34,099 nucleotides of DNA from contig JBDLIK010000001.1 of the NCBI GenBank assembly GCA_039714895.1, positions 1 through 34,099 on the forward strand, read 5' to 3'. The stretch comes from Myxococcota bacterium. GTDB lineage: Bacteria; Myxococcota_A; UBA9160; DASRUS01. Of the stretch, positions 1-6,987 are shown piece after piece. Below the pieces are notes generated by a model. That model did no database searches. It worked only from the letters and a program-made list of their open reading frames with translations, and was not told where the DNA came from. A program made the position numbers and the translations under genes. The first letter of the stretch is position 1, and each line of letters starts with the position of its first letter.

Positions 1-97
1 GCCCCTCAAGCGGGCCCGGCGCGGCGCCGAACTCCCCTCTGAGCGAGACCCGCACCCCTGCCGGGGGTGGGGCCCGCCGCGCCGAGGGGCAACCACC

Positions 98-1450
98 GTG
101 GCCGAGGCATCCCGCGCGCTCGTCACCATCTGCCGCCGCCTGCGCCTGATGGGGCTCGAGGTCACCGAGCTCGAGGAGTGCGCGGTGGCCACGCTGCCGC
201 TCGGGCCCGAGCCCTTCGAGGCCCCGGACGGCAGCTTCCACCCGGAGACCCTGCGCTTCTCCACCGTGGGGAGCGATCGCATCAAGTGCCTCTCCCCGGA
301 GCCCCTGTTCCAGCTCCCGTGGCTCTCGATCCGCGGCTGCAGCGCCGCGGCGGACATCGAGGTCCGCGTGCGCAAGGCCTGGGCGGAACGGCAGGTCGAG
401 CTGTCCCAGGCGCGGGCCTGGCTCGAAGGCCTGGGAGGGCGTCCCCAGAACCTGGCGGGAGGCGCCCTGTTGGGCCTGCCTCTGGAGCTCGAGGAAGAGA
501 AGACCTGCGCGGTCGTGACACGTCCCGGTCGCCTCGTGCTGCCGGGACGGGGCCCGCTGTCGGGCCTCGCGCTGCAGCGGGCCGCGGACCGGGTCTACCA
601 CGCGGAGGGAAGCTTCGAGACCGCCGTCGATCTGGAGCTGGCGGTCACCACGCGGCTCGAGGAGCTAGCGCGCCTCGAGGGCAAGCGGGCCCGCATGCGG
701 GCGCAGGTGGCCGCGCGAACGGTCCGGCCGTCGTCCCCGCCCACGCGCAGATCCCACACGGTCCTGCTGGCGGGTCCGCAGCTCGCGGCCGATGGCGCCC
801 TGGTGGAGTCCCTCCATCTGCGCGGCTACACGACCTGCCGTGCCCCGTCGATGCGCGCTGCCCTGGCCGCCTTCGGCGAGCGCAGCTTTCAGCTGGTGAT
901 GGTGGATGCGGCGCTCGATCGGGCCGAAGGGACCGAGCTGGTGCCGGAGCTGGAGGCTCTCCCCGGTCTGGCGTGCGTCCCGGTGCTGGTGGTGGACGAT
1001 CGGGCTCGGGCGCATCGCCGCAAGGCGGCCCGCCGGGTGGGTGCCGCCGGCTACCTGGTGCGCCCCATCTCCGTCGAGCGCATCGAAGATCGCCTGCGGC
1101 AGCTGCTCGACGCATCCAAGCAGCGGCGCTTCACCCGCTACCCCCGCCGGCTGGCCGTGCGCTTCGCGGGAGGCACCGAGGGCGCGCACACCGCCGTGAT
1201 CGGACGGGGGGGCATGGGCCTGCGCTGCCAGCGGGCGCCGGCGGTCGAGACCCTCGAGCGCTTCGAGATCTCGATCCCGGAGACGCGGGGCCTGGTGCGG
1301 GTGGAAGGTGAGATCGTGTATCAGGAGCTGGAGCCCGGCGAGGCGGGCGGCGAGGTGGGGGTGCGCTTCGAGGCGTTTCCCCCCGGCGACGAGCGCACCC
1401 TCGTCGCCTGGCTGAGTGGGCTGCGGGAGGAACCCGCAGCCATCGGCTGA
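98..1450 (+). CDS. Three-part signalling protein: unknown N-terminal domain (~215 aa), degenerate CheY-like receiver domain, C-terminal PilZ-like domain
   Basis: ORF track 98..1450 with a GTG start and GAGGGG about 9 nt upstream. The middle part follows the receiver pattern (HTVLLAG, QLVMVDAAL at the phospho-Asp position, VPVLVVDD, GYLVRPIS). However, the N-terminal acidic pair is GP and the conserved Lys is Arg. The C-terminal part has the PilZ RxxxR motif (RRFTR) followed by a degenerate D/NxSxxG (VIGRGG). I do not recognise the N-terminal 215 aa. Confidence 0.75.
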   Translation: MAEASRALVTICRRLRLMGLEVTELEECAVATLPLGPEPFEAPDGSFHPETLRFSTVGSDRIKCLSPEPLFQLPWLSIRGCSAAADIEVRVRKAWAERQVELSQARAWLEGLGGRPQNLAGGALLGLPLELEEEKTCAVVTRPGRLVLPGRGPLSGLALQRAADRVYHAEGSFETAVDLELAVTTRLEELARLEGKRARMRAQVAARTVRPSSPPTRRSHTVLLAGPQLAADGALVESLHLRGYTTCRAPSMRAALAAFGERSFQLVMVDAALDRAEGTELVPELEALPGLACVPVLVVDDRARAHRRKAARRVGAAGYLVRPISVERIEDRLRQLLDASKQRRFTRYPRRLAVRFAGGTEGAHTAVIGRGGMGLRCQRAPAVETLERFEISIPETRGLVRVEGEIVYQELEPGEAGGEVGVRFEAFPPGDERTLVAWLSGLREEPAAIG

Positions 1451-1457
1451 TGCCTGC

Positions 1458-1486
1458 GATGTCTGCGGGCAGAGCCCGCAGACATC
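1458..1486. terminator. Perfect 13-bp hairpin between convergent genes (candidate bidirectional terminator / REP-like palindrome)
   Basis: gatgtctgcgggc (1458-1470), aga, gcccgcagacatc (1474-1486). It lies 8 nt after the stop at 1450 and 30 nt after the minus-strand stop at 1516. There is no U-tract. An alternative pairing exists between gggcagagccc (1467-1477) and gggctctgccc (1493-1503). Confidence 0.45.
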
Positions 1487-1515
1487 GTCTGAGGGCTCTG
1501 CCCAGCAGCGCGACG

Positions 1516-1728
1516 TCAGCCGATCTTGGCGCGAGCCTTGTCGATGTCGCCGTCCATGATGGTCTTGCGCCGCTCGGCGAGAGCCGAAGCCTGCGCCTCG
1601 TGCGCGAGTCTCGCGATGTACTCCTCAGCTGCCAGAACCGCTCGCTCGAGGGCCGCACCGGAGACCCGAAGTCCCTCACTGTGCTTCCCCAGGAGCCTCT
1701 TCACCACTGCGTTGGGAAGGTCACCCAT
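1516..1728 (-). CDS. Histone-fold DNA-binding protein, singlet, 70 aa (archaeal HMf-like / bacterial histone)
   Basis: Internal ATG at 1728 within ORF 1516..1965, with AGGAG 6 nt upstream. The product is MGDLPNAVVKRLLGKHSEGLRVSGAALERAVLAAEEYIARLAHEAQASALAERRKTIMDGDIDKARAKIG. By eye it aligns along its full length with archaeal histone HMfB as I recall it: LP near the N-terminus, RVS, EE, EA, RKTI, DI. The upstream 79 codons of the long ORF are S/P/R-rich and look non-coding. Confidence 0.7.
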   Translation of the reverse strand: MGDLPNAVVKRLLGKHSEGLRVSGAALERAVLAAEEYIARLAHEAQASALAERRKTIMDGDIDKARAKIG

Positions 1729-1774
1729 GGAAATCTCCTCTCCCCCCGGGTCTGCGCCATGGTAGCGCAGCGGC

Positions 1775-1803
1775 TTTATTCCCGAAGCCGGAGCGCTTGT
1801 CAA
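1775..1803 (-). promoter_or_regulatory. Candidate sigma70-type promoter for the histone-fold gene
   Basis: On the minus strand: TTGACA (1803-1798), a 17-nt spacer, then AATAAA (1780-1775). It sits in a locally AT-rich intergenic stretch about 45 nt upstream of the ATG at 1728. A second -10-like TATACT lies at 1831-1826 without a good -35. Confidence 0.3.
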
Positions 1804-1852
1804 CGCGCCCCAGGAGCTGAGTGGGAGTATAAACCCACACACTGATGCGGCT

Positions 1853-3034
1853 CTACTCGGGGAGCTCCGCTCGGGCCTGATCCTCAGCGTGGCGCACCAC
1901 CTCGCGCAGGGGGACCCCCGAACGCCGGGCGATCCGCTTGCAGTCGTCGTACTCGGCGGAGACATCCACCCGTCCGTCCGGACGCCGGACGACCTTGACG
2001 GCCACCATCCCCTGCGGGGTCCGGATGCGGTGGGTCTTCCGGGGCAGCACGATCCGCTCGCACTCGCTCACACGAAGTCCCAGGGTCGAGGTCTCGGTGA
2101 GCAACACCGCCGCCAGCTCCGTGCGCCGCGCCGGCGGCGCGAGCACCCGCACCTCGAAGCCCGGACGGTTCTTCTTCATCTGGAGGGGATGCAAGGAAAC
2201 GTCGAGAGCGCCGGCCTCGAAGAGCCGCTCCATGACGTGGTCGAAGTGCTCGGGCACCAGGTCGTCGAGGTTCGCCTCCAGGCTGACGACGCGGTCGGCC
2301 TGCCAGGCTTCGTCGCGGCCGAGCACCGCGCGCAGGACGTTGGGCATCGGGCTCTCGCGGTCGTCGCCGGCACCGTGCCCGACGGCCAGGATGGTCATGG
2401 CGGGCAGCGGCCCGAAGGAGCCTGCGACCTCCCGCAGGATCGCCGCGCCGGTGGGCGTGACGGTCTCGAAGGCGACGTGGGCCGGAGCCGTCGGGATGCC
2501 GCGCAGCAGCTCCAGGGTGGCCGGGGCGGGCAGGGGCAGGCGGCCGTGGGCGGTCTCCACGGTGCCCTCCCCCAGCGCTACCGGCGAGGCGCTCACCCGC
2601 TCGATGCCCAGGCGGTAGAGGGCGCTGGCCGCTCCCACCACGTCCACGATGGCGTCCACCGCGCCCACCTCGTGGAAGTGGACGCGCTCGGGATCGATCC
2701 CATGCACGCGCCCCTCGGCCACCGCCAGTCCCTCGAAGATGCGCAGGGCCCGCTCGCGCACCGGCTCCGGAAGCCTGGCCCGCTCGATGAGGCGCCGGAT
2801 CTCAGACCAATGGCGCCCGTGCCGCTTGCTGCTACCGGATGCCTTTCGCGGCACCTGCACGCGCACGTAGCGGGCGGCCAGCGCACCCCGCCGCACGCGG
2901 CTCACCCGCAGAGCGTGGTCGAGACCGAGTCCGGCCAGGTCCTGCTGGAGCTGGCGGCGGGACAGACCGAGATCGAGCAGGGCACCGAGGAACATGTTCC
3001 CGGCGATGCCCGAGAAGGTGTCCAGGTGGAGCAC
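1853..3034 (-). CDS. larC: Nickel insertion protein LarC (pyridinium-3,5-bisthiocarboxylic acid mononucleotide nickel chelatase, DUF111 family)
   Basis: ORF 1853..3163. From the GTG at 3034 the product starts (M)LHLDTFSGIAGNMFLGALLDLG, which matches the usual LarC N-terminus. Family-typical HFHEVGAVDAIVD and TPTGAAIL motifs are present. The ATG at 3163 would add 43 R/S-rich residues and overlap larB by 29 nt, so the start is uncertain. Confidence 0.85.
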   Translation of the reverse strand: MLHLDTFSGIAGNMFLGALLDLGLSRRQLQQDLAGLGLDHALRVSRVRRGALAARYVRVQVPRKASGSSKRHGRHWSEIRRLIERARLPEPVRERALRIFEGLAVAEGRVHGIDPERVHFHEVGAVDAIVDVVGAASALYRLGIERVSASPVALGEGTVETAHGRLPLPAPATLELLRGIPTAPAHVAFETVTPTGAAILREVAGSFGPLPAMTILAVGHGAGDDRESPMPNVLRAVLGRDEAWQADRVVSLEANLDDLVPEHFDHVMERLFEAGALDVSLHPLQMKKNRPGFEVRVLAPPARRTELAAVLLTETSTLGLRVSECERIVLPRKTHRIRTPQGMVAVKVVRRPDGRVDVSAEYDDCKRIARRSGVPLREVVRHAEDQARAELPE

Positions 3035-3134
3035 GCGCGCGCCGGCGGCGGGGACGCTCCCGCGCCGGCTAGCTGCGGTCCCGCTCCGCGAGACCTTCCG
3101 CGTCGTCGGCCGACCCGAGACACGGGTCGGCCTC

Positions 3135-3884
3135 CTAGATCCGGTTGATGAGCGTCGCGACATAGGCCGCCCCGAAGCCGTTGTCGATGTTCACCACCGT
3201 CACGTTCGAGGCGCAGCTGGTGAGCATCCCCAGCAGGGCGGCGATGCCGGAGAAGGCGGCCCCATAGCCGACGCTGGTGGGCACCGCGATCACGGGCTTG
3301 TCGACGAGGCCCCCCACCACCGACGGAAGTGCGCCTTCCATCCCGGCCACCACGATCAGCACCCGGGCCGAACGCAGCACCTCGCTCTCGGAGAGCAGGC
3401 GGTGGATGCCGGCCACCCCCACGTCCTGCAGGACCTCCACCCGATTGCCGAGCAGGCGCGCCACGGCCGACGCCTCGGCCGCCACCGGCCAGTCCGAGGT
3501 TCCCGCGGAGACCACCGCGATCATTCCCTTCCCCTGCAGGCGGGGGCTCGCGGGGCCGAACCAGAGCAGCCGGGCCTCGGCGTCGTGCAAGCCCTCGCCG
3601 AGCTCGAGGAGTACGGCCCGGGCCGCCTCCGCCTCGATGCGGGTGACGAGCACCTCCTGGGAGGCGTCCCGGAGGACGCGCACGATGGAAACCACCTGGT
3701 CCGGGCGCTTGCCGGCGGCGAAGACCACCTCGGGGATGCCGTGGCGGAGTGCGCGATGCGTGTCCACGCGCGCGTGGGGCGTGTCCACGAAGGGCGGCCG
3801 CGCAATGCGCTCGACCGCCTCTTCGGCGCTCGTCTCGCCCTTGTGGACGGATTCGAGGAGGGTTTGCAGCCGTTCCCGATCCAC
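3135..3884 (-). CDS. larB: LarB, pyridinium-3,5-biscarboxylic acid mononucleotide synthase (PurE/AIR-carboxylase-like)
   Basis: This is the C-terminal 249 codons of ORF 3135..4367: AGTSDWPVAAEA, DVGVAGIHRL, AGMEGALPSVVGG, VPTSVGYGA, VVNIDNGFGAA. The first in-frame starts downstream of the cheC-like stop (3997) are TTG at 3893 and GTG at 3884. The upstream part of the long ORF overlaps the cheC-like gene in another frame and is P/S/R/W-rich. Confidence 0.85.
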   Translation of the reverse strand: MDRERLQTLLESVHKGETSAEEAVERIARPPFVDTPHARVDTHRALRHGIPEVVFAAGKRPDQVVSIVRVLRDASQEVLVTRIEAEAARAVLLELGEGLHDAEARLLWFGPASPRLQGKGMIAVVSAGTSDWPVAAEASAVARLLGNRVEVLQDVGVAGIHRLLSESEVLRSARVLIVVAGMEGALPSVVGGLVDKPVIAVPTSVGYGAAFSGIAALLGMLTSCASNVTVVNIDNGFGAAYVATLINRI

Positions 3885-3903
3885 GGCGGCCAACGCTATC
3901 AGG

Positions 3904-3926
3904 GCTGCGGGCGAGGCGCCCGCAGC
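3904..3926. terminator. Hairpin after the che operon (same core as 1458 and 9381)
   Basis: gctgcgggc (3904-3912), gaggc, gcccgcagc (3918-3926). It is intergenic, lying between the cheC-like stop (3997) and the larB start. Confidence 0.4.
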
Positions 3927-3996
3927 CGACGGCTGTGCTCCAACGTCGGTCCCCGCGTGCGCCGCTTCGCTCGTCGGGTCGGGCTTCGCCTGAGCC

Positions 3997-4545
3997 TCAG
4001 CAGTCGGGGATGAAGACGAGGCGGCCGTGGAGCTCCCCCTCCTCGTCGGCGATCTCGGTCTCCACGAGCAGCCGAGCCGCACCCCGACGGGCGGCGTGCT
4101 CCAGGAGGGCGGCCTCGCCATCGCCTTGGACCAGCACCGGCAGGGAGGGCACGAGTCGGGCCCCGGTGGTATCCGCGATGGCGGAGCATACGTGGGAGAC
4201 GACGATGTTTCCGAGCTCCCGGATCGCCGACTCCCCCAGCTCACGGGAGACGGATTCCTCGGGCCCCACCAGGCGCCTGACCAGGGCCGCGGCGGCGTCC
4301 GCCGGCAACACCAGGGCCACCACGCCCTGGAGCGCCCCGTCCACCTCGAAGAGCACCGCGGTGGCACGCCGCTTGCGGGGCACCGACGTCGATGGAGAGT
4401 CGAGCTTGCGCACCTGGGGAACCCGCATCCAGAACGTGCGCCCGACGACGTCGGCGAAGGCGCCCGCCGCGTGCCCCGCTCCGATGCTGATCAGCTCGAG
4501 CAGACGGTCGATCGGCTGCGACTGCATTCCCGTGCACTCCCTCAT
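3997..4545 (-). CDS. CheC/CheX-family CheY-P phosphatase-like protein
   Basis: 182-aa ORF whose ATG overlaps the cheA stop (ATGA at 4542-4545). The second CheC active-site motif is intact: S-x3-E-x2-N-x22-P in SAIRELGNIVV...LVPSLP. The first motif is D-x3-E-x2-S-x22-P (DRLLELIS...MRVP), so Asn is replaced by Ser. Confidence 0.7.
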   Translation of the reverse strand: MRECTGMQSQPIDRLLELISIGAGHAAGAFADVVGRTFWMRVPQVRKLDSPSTSVPRKRRATAVLFEVDGALQGVVALVLPADAAAALVRRLVGPEESVSRELGESAIRELGNIVVSHVCSAIADTTGARLVPSLPVLVQGDGEAALLEHAARRGAARLLVETEIADEEGELHGRLVFIPDC

Positions 4546-5708
4546 GCGAGCTGGTTCAGGTCGAGCAGGAAGATCGGGCGCCCATCCCCCAGCACGGTGA
4601 GCCCGGCCAGGACCCGCAGCCCCCCGAGCAGCGCCGGCACCGGCTTCACATAGATCTCCTGTTGTCCCTCGAGACGCTGGACGCGCAGGCCGATGCGTTC
4701 ACCGCGCACCTCGGCCAGCACCAGGGGAACCGGATGGCCCTCGGGCTGCGCGGCGAGTCCGAGCCGCTCGCCGAGCTCGAGAACCAGCACGGGCACCTCG
4801 TCCACCAATGCGAAGCTCTCGTTCCCGGCCCGCTCCACCGCCGCCGGCTCGACCTCGACGATCCGCTCCACCTTGCCGATGGGGAGCGCCACCGTCGCCG
4901 CACCGAGGCCCACGAGCAGCACGCGCTGGATGGCGGCGGTGATCGGCACGACGAGGGAGGTGCGGGTGCCGAGCCCCGGCCGGGACTCGAGCTCCACGCG
5001 CCCACCCAGGGATTCGATGGTGGCCTTCACGGCGTCCATGCCCACGCCCCGCCCGGAGATCTCCGACACCGTGCCCCGGGTCGAGAGCCCAGGCCGGAAG
5101 ACCAGCGCTGCGATCTCCTGGGGGGGCAGGTCCTCGGCCAGGTCTCGGTGGACCAGGCCCGCCTCCACCGCCCGGGCCCGCACGCCCTCGAGGTCGAGAC
5201 CCGCCCCGTCGTCTTCGACGCAGACGCGAATCGAGTCCTTCTCTCGCCGTGCCCGCACATGAACCCGTCCAGCCTCGGGCTTGCCGGCCTCGCGCCGCAG
5301 CCCGGGAGGCTCGAGGCCGTGGTCGACGGCGTTGCGCAGCAGGTGCACGAGGGGGTCCGAGAGCCGATCGAGGATCGATCGGTCGAGCTCCAGCTCCGCC
5401 CCCTGCAGCTCCACCTCCACCCGCTTGCCCAGCTTCCGTCCCAGCTCGCGCCCCACTCTCGGCAGCTGCTCCATCACCCGCAAGAGCGGCGCCGTGCGCA
5501 GGTGCAGGGCCCGTCGCTGGAGATCGCCAACCACCCGGTCCATCCGGTCGAAGCCGGTGGCGAGCTGGGCCGAGCGCTCGATGCGCGAGCCGTCGGCCAC
5601 GGTGCGCAGCTGGCTCGCCGAGAGGATCACCTCGCCCACCGACGACAGGAAGCGATCGAGGGTGTCCGTGCGCACCCGCACCGAAGGGGACGGCGCCGGG
5701 GCCTCCAC
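4542..5708 (-). CDS. cheA: CheA histidine kinase core (P3 dimerisation, P4 HATPase, P5 CheW-like). It is in a different frame from the P1 domain
   Basis: This is the C-terminal part of ORF 4542..6740: VRVRTDTLDRFLSSVGEVIL (P3), HLLRNAVDHGLE (N box), DDGAGLD (G1), GRGVGMD (G2), then a CheW-like tail. The GTG at 5708 is the first plausible independent start, 14 nt after the P1-frame stop. The upstream part of the 732-aa ORF is R/G/P-rich and overlaps cheY and cheW out of frame. Confidence 0.8.
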   Translation of the reverse strand: MEAPAPSPSVRVRTDTLDRFLSSVGEVILSASQLRTVADGSRIERSAQLATGFDRMDRVVGDLQRRALHLRTAPLLRVMEQLPRVGRELGRKLGKRVEVELQGAELELDRSILDRLSDPLVHLLRNAVDHGLEPPGLRREAGKPEAGRVHVRARREKDSIRVCVEDDGAGLDLEGVRARAVEAGLVHRDLAEDLPPQEIAALVFRPGLSTRGTVSEISGRGVGMDAVKATIESLGGRVELESRPGLGTRTSLVVPITAAIQRVLLVGLGAATVALPIGKVERIVEVEPAAVERAGNESFALVDEVPVLVLELGERLGLAAQPEGHPVPLVLAEVRGERIGLRVQRLEGQQEIYVKPVPALLGGLRVLAGLTVLGDGRPIFLLDLNQLA

Positions 5709-5722
5709 CCGTCGAGACGGGG

Positions 5723-6139
5723 TCAGCTCCGGCGACGTGATTTTTTTGAGGGCTCCTCCGCCTGCTTCGAAGCGCCGGAGGCGAGGGCGGCCGCGAGACC
5801 CCCATCGAGATGAGGGCCCTCGCCGTGGTTGCGCACGTGAGCCACCATCCCCTCGAGTCCCTCGAGTCCGCGGAACAGGAGGTCGAGCCCCGCAGGATCG
5901 ATGCGCCCGGCCGTGCGGCAGGCGTCCATGCGGTCCTCGAGTCGGTGGGACACCTCGGTGATGGCGTCGTAGCCCAGCGACGCCGCCATCCCCTTGATGG
6001 AGTGGGCCATGCGGAAGACCCGGTCGATTGCGTCGGCGCAGTCGGCGGTCTTCTCGAGCTCGAGCAGGGCCCGGCTCATCTCGGCCAGGTGCTCGGTGGC
6101 CTCTTCCAGGAAGAGGTTCCGGTACTTCGTGAGGTCCAA
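5723..6139 (-). CDS. cheA: CheA P1 (Hpt) phosphotransfer domain, encoded as a separate 138-aa ORF
   Basis: MDLTKYRNLFLEEATEHLAEM...FRMAHSIKGMAASLGY carries the phospho-His box HSIKG. The TTG start at 6139 follows directly after the cheY stop. The ORF ends ...EEPSKKSRRRS at TGA 5723-5725, just past the A7 run. Confidence 0.8.
   Translation of the reverse strand: MDLTKYRNLFLEEATEHLAEMSRALLELEKTADCADAIDRVFRMAHSIKGMAASLGYDAITEVSHRLEDRMDACRTAGRIDPAGLDLLFRGLEGLEGMVAHVRNHGEGPHLDGGLAAALASGASKQAEEPSKKSRRRS
5741..5747 (-). other. A7 homopolymer (T7 on the plus strand) at the cheA frame junction; a perfect A_AAA_AAA heptamer in the P1 frame
   Basis: The minus strand reads ccc tca aaa aaa tca cgt ... 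tga in the P1 frame and gcc ctc aaa aaa atc acg in the kinase frame. One extra A would fuse the two frames. Confidence 0.9.
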
Positions 6140-6511
6140 TCAGGCCTCCTTCTCGACCACCTTGTTGAGCGTGGAGAGCACCGCGTCCGGCTTGAAGGGC
6201 TTCACGATGAAGTCCTGGGCACCCGCCTGCAGGGCCTCCATCACCAGCGACTCCTGACCGAGGGCGCTGCACATCACGATGCGCGCCTGCGGAGCCTTCG
6301 ACACGATTTCCTTCACCGCGTCGATCCCCGAGCAGCGCGGCATCACGATGTCCATCATGACGAGGTCCGGCAGGAGCTCGTGGTAGGACTCCACCACCTC
6401 GACGCCGTCCGTCGCCTCGCCCACCACCTCGAAGCCTTCCGGCTCGATGATCTCCCGGATCATCTGACGCATGAAGGCCGCGTCGTCCGCGACGAGCACT
6501 CGAAAGCTCAT
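6140..6511 (-). CDS. cheY: Chemotaxis response regulator CheY
   Basis: 123 aa, a single receiver domain: VLVADDAAFMR, VMMDIVMP, CSALG, FIVKPF. There is an ATGA overlap with the cheW stop, and GGAGGG lies upstream. Confidence 0.95.
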   Translation of the reverse strand: MSFRVLVADDAAFMRQMIREIIEPEGFEVVGEATDGVEVVESYHELLPDLVMMDIVMPRCSGIDAVKEIVSKAPQARIVMCSALGQESLVMEALQAGAQDFIVKPFKPDAVLSTLNKVVEKEA

Positions 6512-6987
6512 GCCAACCCTCCTTGATCGTTGTCGGAGCTGCGCGCCCCGGCCTGCTCGATGGCAGCCGCGGCGCGAGCCAGAAGCCGATTCGTGTCCAG
6601 AATGCTGACCACGCGCCCTTCGAGGGAACGGCGCTCCACGATTCCGCTCGGCTCCCGCGTGGATCCACCGCGGCCGGGAACCAGTCCGCAGATGCGGTCC
6701 ACCGGTAGAGCCAGGTTGGCGGCGTCGCCCCCCACCTCACCGAGTACGAGCAGGTGGGCCGGTGGAGGAAGCTCGAGGCCGGCCAGGTCGAAGAGCACCG
6801 AAGGCTCCACCACCGGCAGGGCGTCCCCGTGATGGTTCACGACCCCTGCCAGCGTCGGGGGAAGCGAGGGCACCGGGTAGCGCGCTTCCACCTCGGCCAC
6901 CTCGAGCACGTCCGCGATGGGCAGGGCGAAGGCGGCACCGGCAACCTCGAAGGTGAGAAGTCGCTCCTCGCGGGATGCCTCGCTCAC
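6508..6987 (-). CDS. cheW: Chemotaxis coupling protein CheW
   Basis: 159 aa with the CheW pattern [21 protein letters not shown] ... [13 protein letters not shown]. The GTG start overlaps the MCP stop (GTGA). Confidence 0.9.
   Translation of the reverse strand: MSEASREERLLTFEVAGAAFALPIADVLEVAEVEARYPVPSLPPTLAGVVNHHGDALPVVEPSVLFDLAGLELPPPAHLLVLGEVGGDAANLALPVDRICGLVPGRGGSTREPSGIVERRSLEGRVVSILDTNRLLARAAAAIEQAGARSSDNDQGGLA

Noticed and set aside
1-42. Possible 3' end of an upstream plus-strand gene (frame ending ...RRRTPL-TGA at 40-42).
   Set aside because: Only 13 codons are visible, which is too short to distinguish from chance in GC-rich DNA.
3135-4367. 5'-extended ORFs: larB to 4367, MCP to 9302, lon to 12081, M16 to 19729, ABC-2 permease to 24318, MFP to 23931, RND to 24365, wHTH regulator to 33476, histone-fold gene to 1965.
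   Set aside because: The extensions overlap neighbouring well-supported genes or have junk composition. Internal GTG, TTG or ATG starts give N-termini typical of the families, often with 4-nt coupled overlaps.
4542-6740. 732-aa ORF that looks like one long CheA.
   Set aside because: Only the C-terminal ~390 residues are CheA-like. The upstream part is R/G/P-rich and overlaps the well-supported cheY and cheW genes and the P1 domain in other frames.
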